From an uncultured Trueperaceae bacterium (lineage in GTDB: Bacteria > Deinococcota > Deinococci > Deinococcales > Trueperaceae), in contig CAVSGP010000002.1 of assembly GCA_963727505.1 (NCBI GenBank), forward strand, positions 160,001 to 224,000: a stretch of 64,000 nucleotides of DNA, in the 5' to 3' direction. This document shows, one piece after another, positions 1-9,608 of the stretch. Every line of letters begins with the position of its first letter. The first letter of the stretch is position 1. The notes under the pieces are model-generated. The model saw nothing but the letters and a program-made list of their open reading frames with translations, was not told where the DNA came from and ran no database searches. Both the position numbers and the translations under genes were made by a program.

Positions 1-1101
1 CTCATCCTCGCCGCCGGCGCGATCTACGACGACTTCGGCGTCCCCGGCGTGAAGCGCTACGGTTACATGATCAAGAGCGTCTCGGAGGCGAACACCCTGC
101 GCAGCCACATCCTGCGCCGCTTCGAGCGCGCCAGCGCCGACCCGTCGCAGATCGAGGAGGGTGCGTTGACCTTCGTTCTGGTCGGAGCGGGACCGACCGG
201 CGTGGAGATGGCGGGAGCCCTGGTGGAGCTCTTCGACCGGGTGGTGCCGCTCGACTTCCCGGAGCTCGACGCCTCCAAGGCGCGCGTCGTCATGCTCGAG
301 ATGACCGACAGGGTGCTCCCGCCCTTCGGCGCGCGCTCGCAGCGCTACGCCGAACGGGTGCTGCGGCGGCGCGGCGTGGACGTGCGCCTGGGCGCCAAGG
401 TCGCGGAGGTCCACGAGACCGAAGTGGTGCTCGACTCCGGCGAGACCATCCCGACCCACACGCTCATCTGGGTCGCCGGCGTGCGCGGCCACCCGCTGGT
501 CGAGGCGCTAGGGCTCGAGCTCGGCAAGGGTTATCGCGTCCCCACCCGGGACGACCTCAGCCTCCCCGACCACCCTGACGTGTTCGCCGTCGGTGACCTC
601 TCTGGCGCCGTCGACGAGCAGGGCGACCCCTACCCGCAAGTGGCGCAGGTGGCCATCCAGCAGGGGCGCCATGCGGCCCGCATGGTGCGGCGCTCGCTGG
701 ACGGCGAGCCGCGCCAGCGCTTCCACTACGCCGACCGCGGCATGATGGCCATCGTGGGGCGCAACGCCGGCATCGCCGAGCTCACGCGCCGCTTCGGCGG
801 GTTGAAGCTGCGCGGCTTCGTGGGATGGCTTGGGTGGCTGTTCCTCCACCTGCTCTACCTGCCAGGCTTCAAGAACCGCGTCAGCACCCTCGTGAACTGG
901 ATCTACAACTACCTGACCTACGAGCGCCACGCCCGCCTGATCCTGGAGTCGGCCCCGTCGCCGGCCGAGGTGGCCGACCGCGAGGGCACGCTCACCACGC
1001 AGGAGGAGGCTCTGGGCGCGCCGCCGGCAAACCGCAAGAGCGTTCCGGGTCGCCCGCAGGTCGCTCCGGAGCACGACGTCAGCGACGGCGAAGACGGCTA
1101 G
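1..1101 (+). CDS. ndh: Type II NADH:quinone oxidoreductase (NAD(P)/FAD-dependent), 5'-truncated by the window edge
   Basis: Frame is open from base 1; second Rossmann motif VLVGAGPTGVEMAG; VFAVGD; PQVAQVAIQQG; C-terminal GFVGWLGWLFLHLLYL typical of NDH-2. Confidence 0.85.
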   Translation, partial: LILAAGAIYDDFGVPGVKRYGYMIKSVSEANTLRSHILRRFERASADPSQIEEGALTFVLVGAGPTGVEMAGALVELFDRVVPLDFPELDASKARVVMLEMTDRVLPPFGARSQRYAERVLRRRGVDVRLGAKVAEVHETEVVLDSGETIPTHTLIWVAGVRGHPLVEALGLELGKGYRVPTRDDLSLPDHPDVFAVGDLSGAVDEQGDPYPQVAQVAIQQGRHAARMVRRSLDGEPRQRFHYADRGMMAIVGRNAGIAELTRRFGGLKLRGFVGWLGWLFLHLLYLPGFKNRVSTLVNWIYNYLTYERHARLILESAPSPAEVADREGTLTTQEEALGAPPANRKSVPGRPQVAPEHDVSDGEDG

Positions 1102-1178
1102 CGGAAACCCGCGAAGGCCTGAATCGCGACGGCGACAGGCAGTCCGGGAGCTGCTGGCGCCGCTGGTAGGATGACGCC

Positions 1179-1994
1179 ATGCTCAGCAGCGACCCTCGCA
1201 CCCCCTTCTTGCACGTGGCCATCCGCGCCGCCCGCGAAGCGGCCCGGATCCAGCTGGCCCACCTCGGCAGCGAGCTCGAGGTCGACACCAAGTCCAGCGA
1301 GGTCGACATCGTCACGCAGGTCGATCACCTGTGCGAGGCCCGCATCCGGGAGGTGCTGCTGGGGGACTACCCCGACCACACCGTGCTCGGCGAGGAGGAG
1401 GGCGAGGAGCGCGGTCGAGCCGACGGGGAGCGCTACCGCTGGATCGTCGACCCGCTCGACGGCACCGTGAACTACGCCCACGGCTTCCCCTTCTTCTGCG
1501 TCTCGATCGCGCTGGAGATCGACGGCCGCGTCGAGGTGGGCGTGGTGCTCGACGGCTGGGGCGACGAGCTCTTCACCGCCGTGGCCGGCCGGGGCGCCGC
1601 GCTCAACGGCCGGCCCTTGCGCGTGAGCCGCGAGACCGTTCCTAAGCGCGCGTTGCTCGGGACCGGCTTCGCCTACGTCGACGACACCATCCACCGCAAC
1701 CTCGAGGTGTTCGCCCGCATGATGCAGCAGGTGCAGTCGATCCGCCGGCCGGGCGCGGCTGCGCTCGACCTGTGCTCGGTGGCCGCCGGTCGCCTCGACG
1801 GCTTCTGGGAGCTCGGTCTGCGCCCGTGGGACGTCGCGGCCGGGAACCTGATCGTGCAAGAGGCGGGGGGCACGGTCACCGCCGCCGACGGCAGCCCCTA
1901 CCGGTTGGGCGGGCCTACCCTGGTCGCCAGCAACGGCCACCTGCACGGCAAGATGCTCTCCATGCTGGACCTCGGCTCCGCCGTGGCGGGGTGA
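1179..1994 (+). CDS. suhB: Inositol monophosphatase family protein
   Basis: Motifs GEE, WIVDPLDGTVNY, GAAALDLCSVAAGRLDGFWE and WDVAAG; TAGGAT lies 6 nt before the ATG. Confidence 0.88.
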   Translation: MLSSDPRTPFLHVAIRAAREAARIQLAHLGSELEVDTKSSEVDIVTQVDHLCEARIREVLLGDYPDHTVLGEEEGEERGRADGERYRWIVDPLDGTVNYAHGFPFFCVSIALEIDGRVEVGVVLDGWGDELFTAVAGRGAALNGRPLRVSRETVPKRALLGTGFAYVDDTIHRNLEVFARMMQQVQSIRRPGAAALDLCSVAAGRLDGFWELGLRPWDVAAGNLIVQEAGGTVTAADGSPYRLGGPTLVASNGHLHGKMLSMLDLGSAVAG

Positions 1995-2236
1995 GGACCG
2001 GCGACGGGGCGCCATCCGTGGACGAACGCGTGGCCCTGAGCGCGTTGCTTCGGCGCGCGGCCAGTCGGCGTGGACGCGTGCGACTCGTGTACGGAAGCGT
2101 GCCCTACCTGGTGGAGGTGCTCGCCTTCGACGGCAAGCTCGTCACCGGCGCGAGTGAAGAGCGCGGCGTGCTGCGTTTCCGGCTCGAGCTGGTGCGCGAG
2201 GCGACCGAACTGCCGTCGAGCGATCCGCTGTTCTAG
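1991..2236 (+). CDS. Small hypothetical protein (81 aa), possibly WYL-like
   Basis: GTG overlaps the suhB stop (GTGA); the pattern LLRRAA..RGRVRLVY...FRLELV resembles WYL domains. Confidence 0.5.
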   Translation: MRTGDGAPSVDERVALSALLRRAASRRGRVRLVYGSVPYLVEVLAFDGKLVTGASEERGVLRFRLELVREATELPSSDPLF

Positions 2237-2294
2237 CGCGGGCGCCGGCAGGCACGGCCCCGCGGGAGCCACGCGGCCCCGCCGTGCCCGCCGC

Positions 2295-3257
2295 TCAGGC
2301 CTCGGGCGGATCCTCGAAGAGCTCGGTGCTGATGTAGCGGGCGGCGGTGTCGGCAGCGAGTGTGAGCACCACCTTGCCCGGCCCCAGCTCGCGGGCGACC
2401 TGCAGCGCGGCCGTGACGGCGGCGCCCGAGGACATGCCCACGAAGACCCCCTCCTCACGCGCCAGACGACGTGCCAGCGGGAAGGCGTCCTCCTCGTAGA
2501 TCATCTTGCACTCGTCGAGCAGCGCCAGGTCCAGGTTCTTGGGCAGGAACCCCGGCCCCATCCCCTGGAACTTGTGCGGGCCGCGCTCGAAGCCGTTGAT
2601 GACTGCGCTCCGGGCCGGTTCGACCCCCACCAGCCGCAGGCTCGGCTTCTGCTCCTTGAAGTAGCGACCGATACCGGAGATCGAGCCGCCGGTGCCGCTG
2701 CCCCACACGAAGGCATCGACGCGCCCCTGCATCTGGCGCCACAGTTCCGGCCCCGTCACGCGGTGATGCACGCGCGGGTTGGCGGGGTTCTCGAACTGGT
2801 TGGGCATGTACGCACCCGTCTCCTCCACGATCGCCTGCGCGCGTGGGATGGCCCCCTGCATGCGCAGCTCGCCCGGCGTGAACTCGAGCTCGGCGCCGTA
2901 GGCGCGCAGCGTCTTGACCCGCTCCTGGCTCATGCTGTCGGGCAGCACGATGATGCACCGGTAGCCCCGCACCGCCGCCAGGAACGCCAGCCCGATGCCG
3001 GTATTGCCGCTGGTAGGCTCCACGATGCGCTGGCCGGAGCCCGGCGTCAGGATGCCCCGTTCCTCGGCGTCCTCGATCAGGCCCAGCGCGGTGCGGTCCT
3101 TGATGCTGCCGGCGGGATTCGCCCCCTCCAGCTTGACCCACACCTCGGCCATGTCCGGCTCGACCACGCTCTGTAACTTGATCACCGGTGTGTTGCCGAT
3201 GAGCGCGTCCATCCGTCGGGGTGCGGGCATGTCGGGATCCTGAGCGCGCCGGGCCAT
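2295..3257 (-). CDS. cysK: Cysteine synthase A (O-acetylserine sulfhydrylase)
   Basis: PLP lysine in KLEGANPAGSIKDR; EPTSGNTG; GSGTGG; PHKFQGMG; GMSSGA. Confidence 0.92.
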   Translation of the reverse strand: MARRAQDPDMPAPRRMDALIGNTPVIKLQSVVEPDMAEVWVKLEGANPAGSIKDRTALGLIEDAEERGILTPGSGQRIVEPTSGNTGIGLAFLAAVRGYRCIIVLPDSMSQERVKTLRAYGAELEFTPGELRMQGAIPRAQAIVEETGAYMPNQFENPANPRVHHRVTGPELWRQMQGRVDAFVWGSGTGGSISGIGRYFKEQKPSLRLVGVEPARSAVINGFERGPHKFQGMGPGFLPKNLDLALLDECKMIYEEDAFPLARRLAREEGVFVGMSSGAAVTAALQVARELGPGKVVLTLAADTAARYISTELFEDPPEA

Positions 3258-3316
3258 GCCCGAGTCTACGTGCGCCCGGGGCGGGACGATGTTGCGGCTT
3301 TTGCTATCGTGGAAGT

Positions 3317-3622
3317 GTGAGCGAAACCGCCCTGGTGAGCTTCTTTCGCGACCTCCGACGCGCGGTCGCGCGGGGCAACGAGGGCCTCGAGGCGCAACCC
3401 TACCGACACGGCACCTTCCTGGTCGACGCCTGCGCCGGCGACGTCGAGTTCACGGTCAGCGACGTGACCGAAGAGGACGCGGTGCTCATCGCTGCCGAGC
3501 TCGGCGAGCTCGGCGTACGCGCCGTCATCCGCGGCAGTCGCATCTGTCCGCACTGCGGTGCGCGCGTGCCCGACCAGGCCTCCTGCATCCGCTGCCGGCA
3601 GCCGCTGGACGCCGCCGCCTGA
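3317..3622 (+). CDS. Hypothetical protein with C-terminal zinc ribbon
   Basis: CPHCG...CIRC; GTG lies 6 nt after TATCGT; divergent from cysK. Confidence 0.65.
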   Translation: MSETALVSFFRDLRRAVARGNEGLEAQPYRHGTFLVDACAGDVEFTVSDVTEEDAVLIAAELGELGVRAVIRGSRICPHCGARVPDQASCIRCRQPLDAAA

Positions 3623-3668
3623 GCGAGCGGCCCGAACGAGCCCCGCGAACGAGTCCCGCACGGGCCGT

Positions 3669-4562
3669 TCAGGCCGCCTCCCGCACCGCCGCCAGCGGCC
3701 GACGCTCGGCGTCGGTCAAGCCCGTCAGTCTCTCGCTCAACGCCCAGAGCTGCTCCGTGGTCTCGGTGTCGCGCGCCGGCGCCTTGGGTCGGATCGGTCT
3801 GCGATCGGCGTAGTACGCGCCCGACACCTGCGCGACCTCCGGGGAGGTCGCCAGGAAGAGACCGGTCTCCGCTCCCTTCTCCGGGGTGCGCGCGAAGAGG
3901 CGTGCGGCCAGGCGCAACAGCTTGTTCATCAACCTGCCGCCGCTACCGAACCCGGTGTCGACGAAGCCAGGGTGGAAGGCGTTGGCGGTCACGGGGGTGG
4001 GTTCGAGCCGCCGGGCGAGCGCAGTCGTGAACGCCAGGTTGGCGAGCTTCGACTGGCCGTACGCTGCCCAGCCGCTGTAGCCGCGCTCCAACATGGGATC
4101 GTCCAGGCGCAGGCGGGCGGCCCGCGCCGCCTCCGAGGCGGTGGTCACGACCCGTGCCGCGTCGGAGCGCAGCAGCGCCTCCGCCAGCAGGTGGGTCAGC
4201 AGGAACGGCGCCAGGTGGTTGAGCGCGAAGGTCGCCTCGTAGCCGTCGACCGTGGTACGGCGGCGCGAGAAGTAGGCACCGGCGTTGTTGAGCAGCAGGT
4301 CGACGCGGTCGGTGCGTTCCCGCACCTGGGCGGCCGCGTCGCGCACATCGGCCAGCGAAGAGAGGTCGGCGGGGAGGAAGTGGACGGCGTCGTTGCCGGT
4401 CGCGGCACGCAGGTTCTCGACGACCTGGCTCCCGCTTCCGCCGGCCCGTGAGACCGCCAGTACGCTGGCGCCGCGGGCGGCCAACCCCCGCGCCATCTCG
4501 AACCCGATGCCGGAGCTGGCCCCCGTCACCACCGCCACCCGCCCTGCGAGATCCGTTTCCAT
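3669..4562 (-). CDS. SDR family oxidoreductase (retinol dehydrogenase/WWOX-like)
   Basis: TGASSGIG; NNAG; catalytic YGQSK; FHPGFVDT. Confidence 0.88.
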   Translation of the reverse strand: METDLAGRVAVVTGASSGIGFEMARGLAARGASVLAVSRAGGSGSQVVENLRAATGNDAVHFLPADLSSLADVRDAAAQVRERTDRVDLLLNNAGAYFSRRRTTVDGYEATFALNHLAPFLLTHLLAEALLRSDAARVVTTASEAARAARLRLDDPMLERGYSGWAAYGQSKLANLAFTTALARRLEPTPVTANAFHPGFVDTGFGSGGRLMNKLLRLAARLFARTPEKGAETGLFLATSPEVAQVSGAYYADRRPIRPKAPARDTETTEQLWALSERLTGLTDAERRPLAAVREAA

Positions 4563-4635
4563 GCCCCATGCTAGCGGCGGCGCCCCTTCCGTTCGGTAAG
4601 ATGCGCCCCCGACCCTCGCACGCGCCGGTGCGCGC

Positions 4636-5241
4636 TCACCCCAGCAGCCGGCCCAGACCCACCGCCACCTGGTAGACCGCGAAGCCTGCCAGCGCTACCA
4701 CCGACGCCCCCATCAGCACGCGTCGCAGCCCCTCGCCCATACGCGCAGCGGAGCCGAACACCACAATCAACGCCGCGGTCGCCGCCAGCATGACCCCGTA
4801 GAAGGCGATCATGAACGCCAGGGCGTGCGGAGGCGCCTCGTGCCATGCGGCGATCACGATGGGCGCGCCGACCAGCCCCCAGAACAACCACGGGTTGGGG
4901 TTGAGCAAGTTGGTGATCGCGCCCTTCACCACACCGCCGTAGGCCGCCCCATCGGCGAACGTCCCCGCGATCAGGGCGCGCAGGGCGCCGTATGCAAGGT
5001 AGGCGACGAACAGGCCGCCCGCCACCCGCATGCCCTCCACCAGCGCCGGCGGGAATCGACTCACCACCAGGAACACCAGCACCAGCACCGGACCGTCGGA
5101 GAGCAGCGGCGCCAGGGCCACCGGCAACGTCCGGCGCCACCCGCGCCGAACCGACTCCGACACCACGAAGGCCTGGAACGGTCCAGGAAGCATCGCCGCC
5201 GACAGACCCAGCACCGCCCCCTGGAGGAGCGACGTCGTCAA
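4636..5241 (-). CDS. LysE family translocator
   Basis: GLSAAMLPGP; NLLNPNPWLFW; several TM helices; start overlaps the upstream gene's stop. Confidence 0.8.
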   Translation of the reverse strand: MTTSLLQGAVLGLSAAMLPGPFQAFVVSESVRRGWRRTLPVALAPLLSDGPVLVLVFLVVSRFPPALVEGMRVAGGLFVAYLAYGALRALIAGTFADGAAYGGVVKGAITNLLNPNPWLFWGLVGAPIVIAAWHEAPPHALAFMIAFYGVMLAATAALIVVFGSAARMGEGLRRVLMGASVVALAGFAVYQVAVGLGRLLG

Positions 5242-6359
5242 ACCGCTTCGCCGGCCGGGCCGTGCTCCGCGCGGCGCACCGTCAACTGCTCGACCAGGTC
5301 GCGCTTGAGCGTCACGCCCAGGCCGGGGCCGGCCGGGATCGTCTGGACGCCCGCCTCTGCCTCCAGCAGCGGATCGACGATGTCTTCGTCCCAGTAGCGG
5401 CTTGCGCTCGAGGTGTCCCCGGGCAACGTGAAGGCCTCATGCGTCGTGAGGTGCAGGTTATGGGCACGACCGATGCCGAGCTCGAGCATGCCCCCGCACC
5501 AGACGGGGGCGCCGAACGCCAACGCCACGTCGCTGACGCGGCGCGCGCCGAGATGCCCACGCACGCGTCCGAGCTTCACGTTGATGACGCGGCCGGCGTC
5601 CGACTCCAGCGCTTTGCGGGCGTCCTGCGGCGAGTGCACCGACTCGTCCAGGCACAGGGGCGTCGCCAGCATGGCTTGCAACCTGGCGTGATCGGCGAGG
5701 TCGTCGTGCGCCAGCGGCTGCTCGATGTAATCGAGGCCGAGCTCGTCGAGCTGGTAGAACACGCGCGCGTCGGTCAGGCGGTAGGCGCTGTTGGCGTCGA
5801 CGCTCAGCGGCATGTCTGGAAGCGCCTCGCGCACCGCCCGCAGCGGCGCGACGTCCCAGCCCGGCTTGATCTTGAACTTCAACCGTTGGTAGCCCTGCGC
5901 GGCATGGCGCTCGGCCTGCTCGACGGTGGCAGCGACGCTGCCCTGGATGCCGATCGAGGCCCCCACGGCGATCTTCCGCGCGACGCCGCCCAGCAGCGCC
6001 CACAAGGGCATGCCGGCGGCCTTCGCCTGGAGATCCCAGAACGCCATCTCGAGGGCGGCCACCGCCATGTTGTGCCCGCGAATGCCGTCGAGCGCTGCCA
6101 GCAGCTCTGCCGGCGTCGCGAACGAGCGACCCACCACCCGGGGGAGGATGTAGTGCTCGAGCGCGATCCAGGCCGTATCCGCGGTCTCGTAGCTGTAGCC
6201 GGGAACGTTGCCGGCGGTGACCTCGCCGTAGCCCTCCAAGCCGTCGGCGTAAGCGGTGAGGATGATCTTGCGCAATTCCTGCTCGACACCGAAGCTCGTC
6301 TCGAACCGGAACTTCAGGCGCACGGACAGCTCGCGGAGCTCGACCCGCTCGATCTTCAT
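5238..6359 (-). CDS. menC: o-Succinylbenzoate synthase / N-succinylamino acid racemase (enolase superfamily, NSAR/OSBS)
   Basis: FETSFG; KFKIKP; DAN; EQP; CLDES; INVKLGRVRG; WCGGMLE; GDTSSA; GGAGG RBS before the ATG at 6359. Confidence 0.8.
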   Translation of the reverse strand: MKIERVELRELSVRLKFRFETSFGVEQELRKIILTAYADGLEGYGEVTAGNVPGYSYETADTAWIALEHYILPRVVGRSFATPAELLAALDGIRGHNMAVAALEMAFWDLQAKAAGMPLWALLGGVARKIAVGASIGIQGSVAATVEQAERHAAQGYQRLKFKIKPGWDVAPLRAVREALPDMPLSVDANSAYRLTDARVFYQLDELGLDYIEQPLAHDDLADHARLQAMLATPLCLDESVHSPQDARKALESDAGRVINVKLGRVRGHLGARRVSDVALAFGAPVWCGGMLELGIGRAHNLHLTTHEAFTLPGDTSSASRYWDEDIVDPLLEAEAGVQTIPAGPGLGVTLKRDLVEQLTVRRAEHGPAGEAV

Positions 6360-6442
6360 GCTGACCTCCAGGCTGCCCAATATACCGTTGACGTGGGGCG
6401 CGACGCCCAGGCGAACGCCGAGGGCGCCCTCACCGGACGGGC

Positions 6443-8122
6443 TCAGAACTCGTCGGGGAACTCCAAGCGTGGGCGCGCTTTCTCGTCCTCTTCGGCCGTC
6501 GACCCGGCGCCATCGGAGCGGTCGGAGCGTTCTGCGCCGCGACGCTGGCCGGCGGTCTCGTCGACCCGATCCTGGCGCGCTGGCTCCTTGCGCGCAGGCT
6601 CCTGGCGCGCAGGCGCGCCCTCGGACTGCGCCCCCTCGCCTCGCTCCCGGCGGGGGCGCTGCTCGCCCGTACGCTGCTCGCCCGTGCGCTGCTCGCCCGT
6701 GCGCTGCTCGGCCGTACGCTGCTCGCCCGTGCGCTCCACTGCGGCGCGCTGCTCGGCCACTCGCTGCTCGGCCGCCCGGGCCTTCGCCGCCCGAACCTCG
6801 GCCGCCCGAACCTCAGCCGCCCGAACCTCAGCCGCCCGAACCTCAGCCGCCCGCTGCACCTCACGGCGTTCCTGTTGCCGGCGCTCGGACTCCCGCCGCT
6901 CGGCTTCCCTACGCTCCGTCTCCGCACGCTCTGCGTCCCGACGCGCTTGCTCACGGAGCGCCTGCTCGCGACGTTCGCTCTCGCGACGCTCCTGTTCGCG
7001 CAGCTCGGCTTCGTGCTGGCGCGCATCGCGCTGCTGCGCTTCCCAGGGCTGCATCTCCCGACGTGTCCGGTCCACGGGAGCGGAGGAACGGCCCTCGCTG
7101 CGCGTCTCGGCTGGCCTTGCGTCAGGGGCCTCGTCAGGGGCCTCGGCAGGGGTCTCAGAAGGGGACGACACCGGCGTTCGCGGGCGCCGGGGCGGCCACG
7201 TCACAACGGTCTCCCCGGGCGTCCCGGGCGTCCCGGCCGAGCTACCGCCCGGTCCGGCGCGCGGCGTGCGGCGCGCCCCACGGCTTGTCTCACGTTCCGA
7301 AGCCGCGGCGCCGTAGGGCTCTTGCACGTCGGCTGCGCCAGGGCGAGACGAGCGCGGTCGGGCCGACTCGGGCCGTGGCTCGAAGCGCACGTCGCTCTCC
7401 AACTCCGCTTCCGGATACCGAGCCTCGAGGGCGCGCCGGGCGGCCGCGGGCCGCTGGCTCGAGCCGCGCACCCGGGGCCGCCTCGCGGCCTCCCGGCGGC
7501 GCAGGCCGCGCTCGGTCAGACCCCGCGAGGGCTCCACCTTCTGGTCCAGCGGGAGGACACGGAAGCGGGCGTTCCAGGGCTCCCAACGAAGCCTGGCGCG
7601 CACCCGGAACGTCTTGGGAGGCATGTCGGGCACGTAGACGAACAGCTCCAGCGTACCCTCGTCGCCGCCGGCCTCCCGCAGCTCGGCGCTCACCTCGACC
7701 GCACCGTGCGGGGGCAGCACCGCCGGCACCTCGGCCGTCGTCGGCGCGGGAGAGCCGTTGGTGCGCACTGCCAGCTCCAGGAGCTGCACCGGCACGGCAC
7801 TCAGGTTGCTCACGGTCATCGACAGCTCGAAGGCGCCTGCCTTGGGCGCGCGCAACGACGACGACACCTTGCCAGGTGCGTCGATGAAGCGCAGCTCACC
7901 GTGGGAGATCAGTAGCTCGGGGCGGCGCGCCGCGGCGGGGCGGCGCGGCCGGAGGATCAGGGTTAGCAGGATCAACATCACCAGCGCAGCCAGCACCCAC
8001 GTGAACGGGACCCACGTGGAAGGGTCCGGCGACAGCGTCGACCACCAGCGACGCAGCGACTCCGCCGTCGACTGGACCTGGCTCGCCATCATGGTGAACA
8101 AGCGTCTCATGCGACCGGCCAA
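6443..8122 (-). CDS. Membrane-anchored protein: N-terminal TM helix, beta-rich domain, long low-complexity/charged repeat tail (start uncertain)
   Basis: TM WVLAALVMLILLTLIL; beta-rich stretch FELSMTVSNLSAVPVQL; (AAEVR)n and (TGEQR)n repeats; ends LEFPDEF. Confidence 0.7.
   Translation of the reverse strand: MAGRMRRLFTMMASQVQSTAESLRRWWSTLSPDPSTWVPFTWVLAALVMLILLTLILRPRRPAAARRPELLISHGELRFIDAPGKVSSSLRAPKAGAFELSMTVSNLSAVPVQLLELAVRTNGSPAPTTAEVPAVLPPHGAVEVSAELREAGGDEGTLELFVYVPDMPPKTFRVRARLRWEPWNARFRVLPLDQKVEPSRGLTERGLRRREAARRPRVRGSSQRPAAARRALEARYPEAELESDVRFEPRPESARPRSSRPGAADVQEPYGAAASERETSRGARRTPRAGPGGSSAGTPGTPGETVVTWPPRRPRTPVSSPSETPAEAPDEAPDARPAETRSEGRSSAPVDRTRREMQPWEAQQRDARQHEAELREQERRESERREQALREQARRDAERAETERREAERRESERRQQERREVQRAAEVRAAEVRAAEVRAAEVRAAKARAAEQRVAEQRAAVERTGEQRTAEQRTGEQRTGEQRTGEQRPRRERGEGAQSEGAPARQEPARKEPARQDRVDETAGQRRGAERSDRSDGAGSTAEEDEKARPRLEFPDEF
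6657..6731. repeat. About five 15-bp tandem repeats (cgctgctcgcccgtr) encoding TGEQR
   Basis: Directly visible in the sequence. Confidence 0.85.
6786..6853. repeat. About 4.5 15-bp tandem repeats (gccgcccgaacctcr) encoding AAEVR
   Basis: Directly visible in the sequence. Confidence 0.85.
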
Positions 8123-8190
8123 TCCCGGCCCCCGTCGGGGACCGCCGCATCTAGCTTAGCGGTTCCCGAACCCCGACTCATGTGCCCTGC

Positions 8191-8859
8191 CTAGGGCTCG
8201 AACACCGACCAGCCCAGGTCCGACGCAGTGCGCCGCAGCACCCGGTCGGGGTAGACGGCCACCGGCCGGTCGCTGAGAAGCAGCATCGGCACGTCATCCC
8301 CTGAGTCGCCGTAGGCAGCATAGAGACGCTCGCTGCCTAGCGCCTCGTGCAGCCGGCGCGCCTTGGCATCGCCGACGTTGAGCGGACCGTCCAGACCACC
8401 GGCCAGGCGACCCTCGCGAACGGCGACGGGGCTGCCGATCGCCATGGGAGCGGGCGTCCCCACCTCCTGCGGCAGCCGCCGGGCGAACGCCTCCAGCACC
8501 GGCTGGAACGCTCCCGAGGCCAGCACCAGCCGCTCGCCGGCCGCCTGATGCACGCGCAACGCGGCCACCACCTCGGGCCTCCGCTGCGGCCAGAGCACGT
8601 TCTCCACCACCCACGACGACGCCTCCGCGAAGCTCTCGGCCGCGTCACCACGGAACAGGTTCAGAAGACCCACCATCCAGCGCTCACGCACCACCTCGAC
8701 GGGCAACATCCCGCTCCGCGCCATCAACGCCGAAGGCAGGTTCTGCGCGAACATCCGCCGGTAGGCGCCGCCGCGGCCGTGCGCCACCAGGTACGCACCC
8801 AACGCGCGCCACGTCTGTCCGGTGGTGAGGGTCCCCTCGAGATCGGTAGCAACGGCCAC
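8191..8859 (-). CDS. HAD-IB family hydrolase (phosphoserine phosphatase-like)
   Basis: Motif I variant DLEGTLT; LASGAF; K; YGDSGDDVPML; PVAVYPD. Confidence 0.8.
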   Translation of the reverse strand: MAVATDLEGTLTTGQTWRALGAYLVAHGRGGAYRRMFAQNLPSALMARSGMLPVEVVRERWMVGLLNLFRGDAAESFAEASSWVVENVLWPQRRPEVVAALRVHQAAGERLVLASGAFQPVLEAFARRLPQEVGTPAPMAIGSPVAVREGRLAGGLDGPLNVGDAKARRLHEALGSERLYAAYGDSGDDVPMLLLSDRPVAVYPDRVLRRTASDLGWSVFEP

Positions 8860-8921
8860 GAACCTCGTTATACCCCGTTCCCACCGCACCTCATCGGCCC
8901 GCCCGCGGCTACAGTGAGGGC

Positions 8922-9608
8922 GTGGACGTTCGCCTCACCAGGGACGGCAGCCGGACGCTGCTTTCGCCGCGCTACCGCGAGACTTACCACTCGCACCACG
9001 GCGCCGCCACCGAGGCCCGCCACGTCTTCCTGGAGGGAAGCGGCGTCGGCCGCAGGCTGGCCGAAGGAAGGCCCACCACCGTGCTCGAGGTCGGGTTCGG
9101 GGCCGGGCTCAACACCCTGCTCACGCTCGCCGAGGCCGATCACTGGGGGACGCCGCTGCGCATCGTCACGCTGGAGCGCGACCCGTTGCCCGTCGCCGTT
9201 CTGCGCGAGCTCGACTATCGTGCATTGCTGCGGCGTCCCGATCTGGCCGATGCGCTGTACGACTGGCTGGCGACGCGGCCGAGCGGCGTGCAGGCGCACG
9301 CGACCCAGATCGCCGCCTGTCGCATCGAGCTGCTCGTGGTCGAGGCGCGGCACGCGGCCCTTCCCGACGGGGTGCATGCCGTGTACCACGATGCGTTCAG
9401 CCCCGACGTCAACCCCGAGCTGTGGGAGCCCGCCTTCCTCGAGCGCCTGTACGGGGCGCTCGAGCCGGAGGGCATGCTGGTGAGCTACACCGTCAAGGGG
9501 ATCGTGCGCCGGCGCCTGGCGGCGCTGGGCTTCGAGGTCGCCAAGGCACCGGGGCCGCCCGGGGGCAAGCGCGAGATGCTCGTCGCCCGCAGGCCGGCAG
9601 CGCCGTGA
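8922..9608 (+). CDS. mnmD: tRNA mnm5s2U34 methyltransferase (MnmC N-terminal domain / MnmD)
   Basis: ETYHS..GA..EARHVF; LEVGFGAGLN; YHDAFSP..NPELW; GPPGGKREML. Confidence 0.88.
   Translation: MDVRLTRDGSRTLLSPRYRETYHSHHGAATEARHVFLEGSGVGRRLAEGRPTTVLEVGFGAGLNTLLTLAEADHWGTPLRIVTLERDPLPVAVLRELDYRALLRRPDLADALYDWLATRPSGVQAHATQIAACRIELLVVEARHAALPDGVHAVYHDAFSPDVNPELWEPAFLERLYGALEPEGMLVSYTVKGIVRRRLAALGFEVAKAPGPPGGKREMLVARRPAAP

Noticed and set aside
6657..6853. 15-bp repeat arrays as a possible CRISPR array
   Set aside because: No spacers, in-frame coding repeats, and no cas genes
4992..7887. Long plus-strand ORFs (774 aa and 543 aa) and many similar antisense or alternate-frame ORFs across the window
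   Set aside because: Shadow ORFs of high-GC DNA, opposite well-supported genes; Arg/Pro/Ala-rich with no motifs
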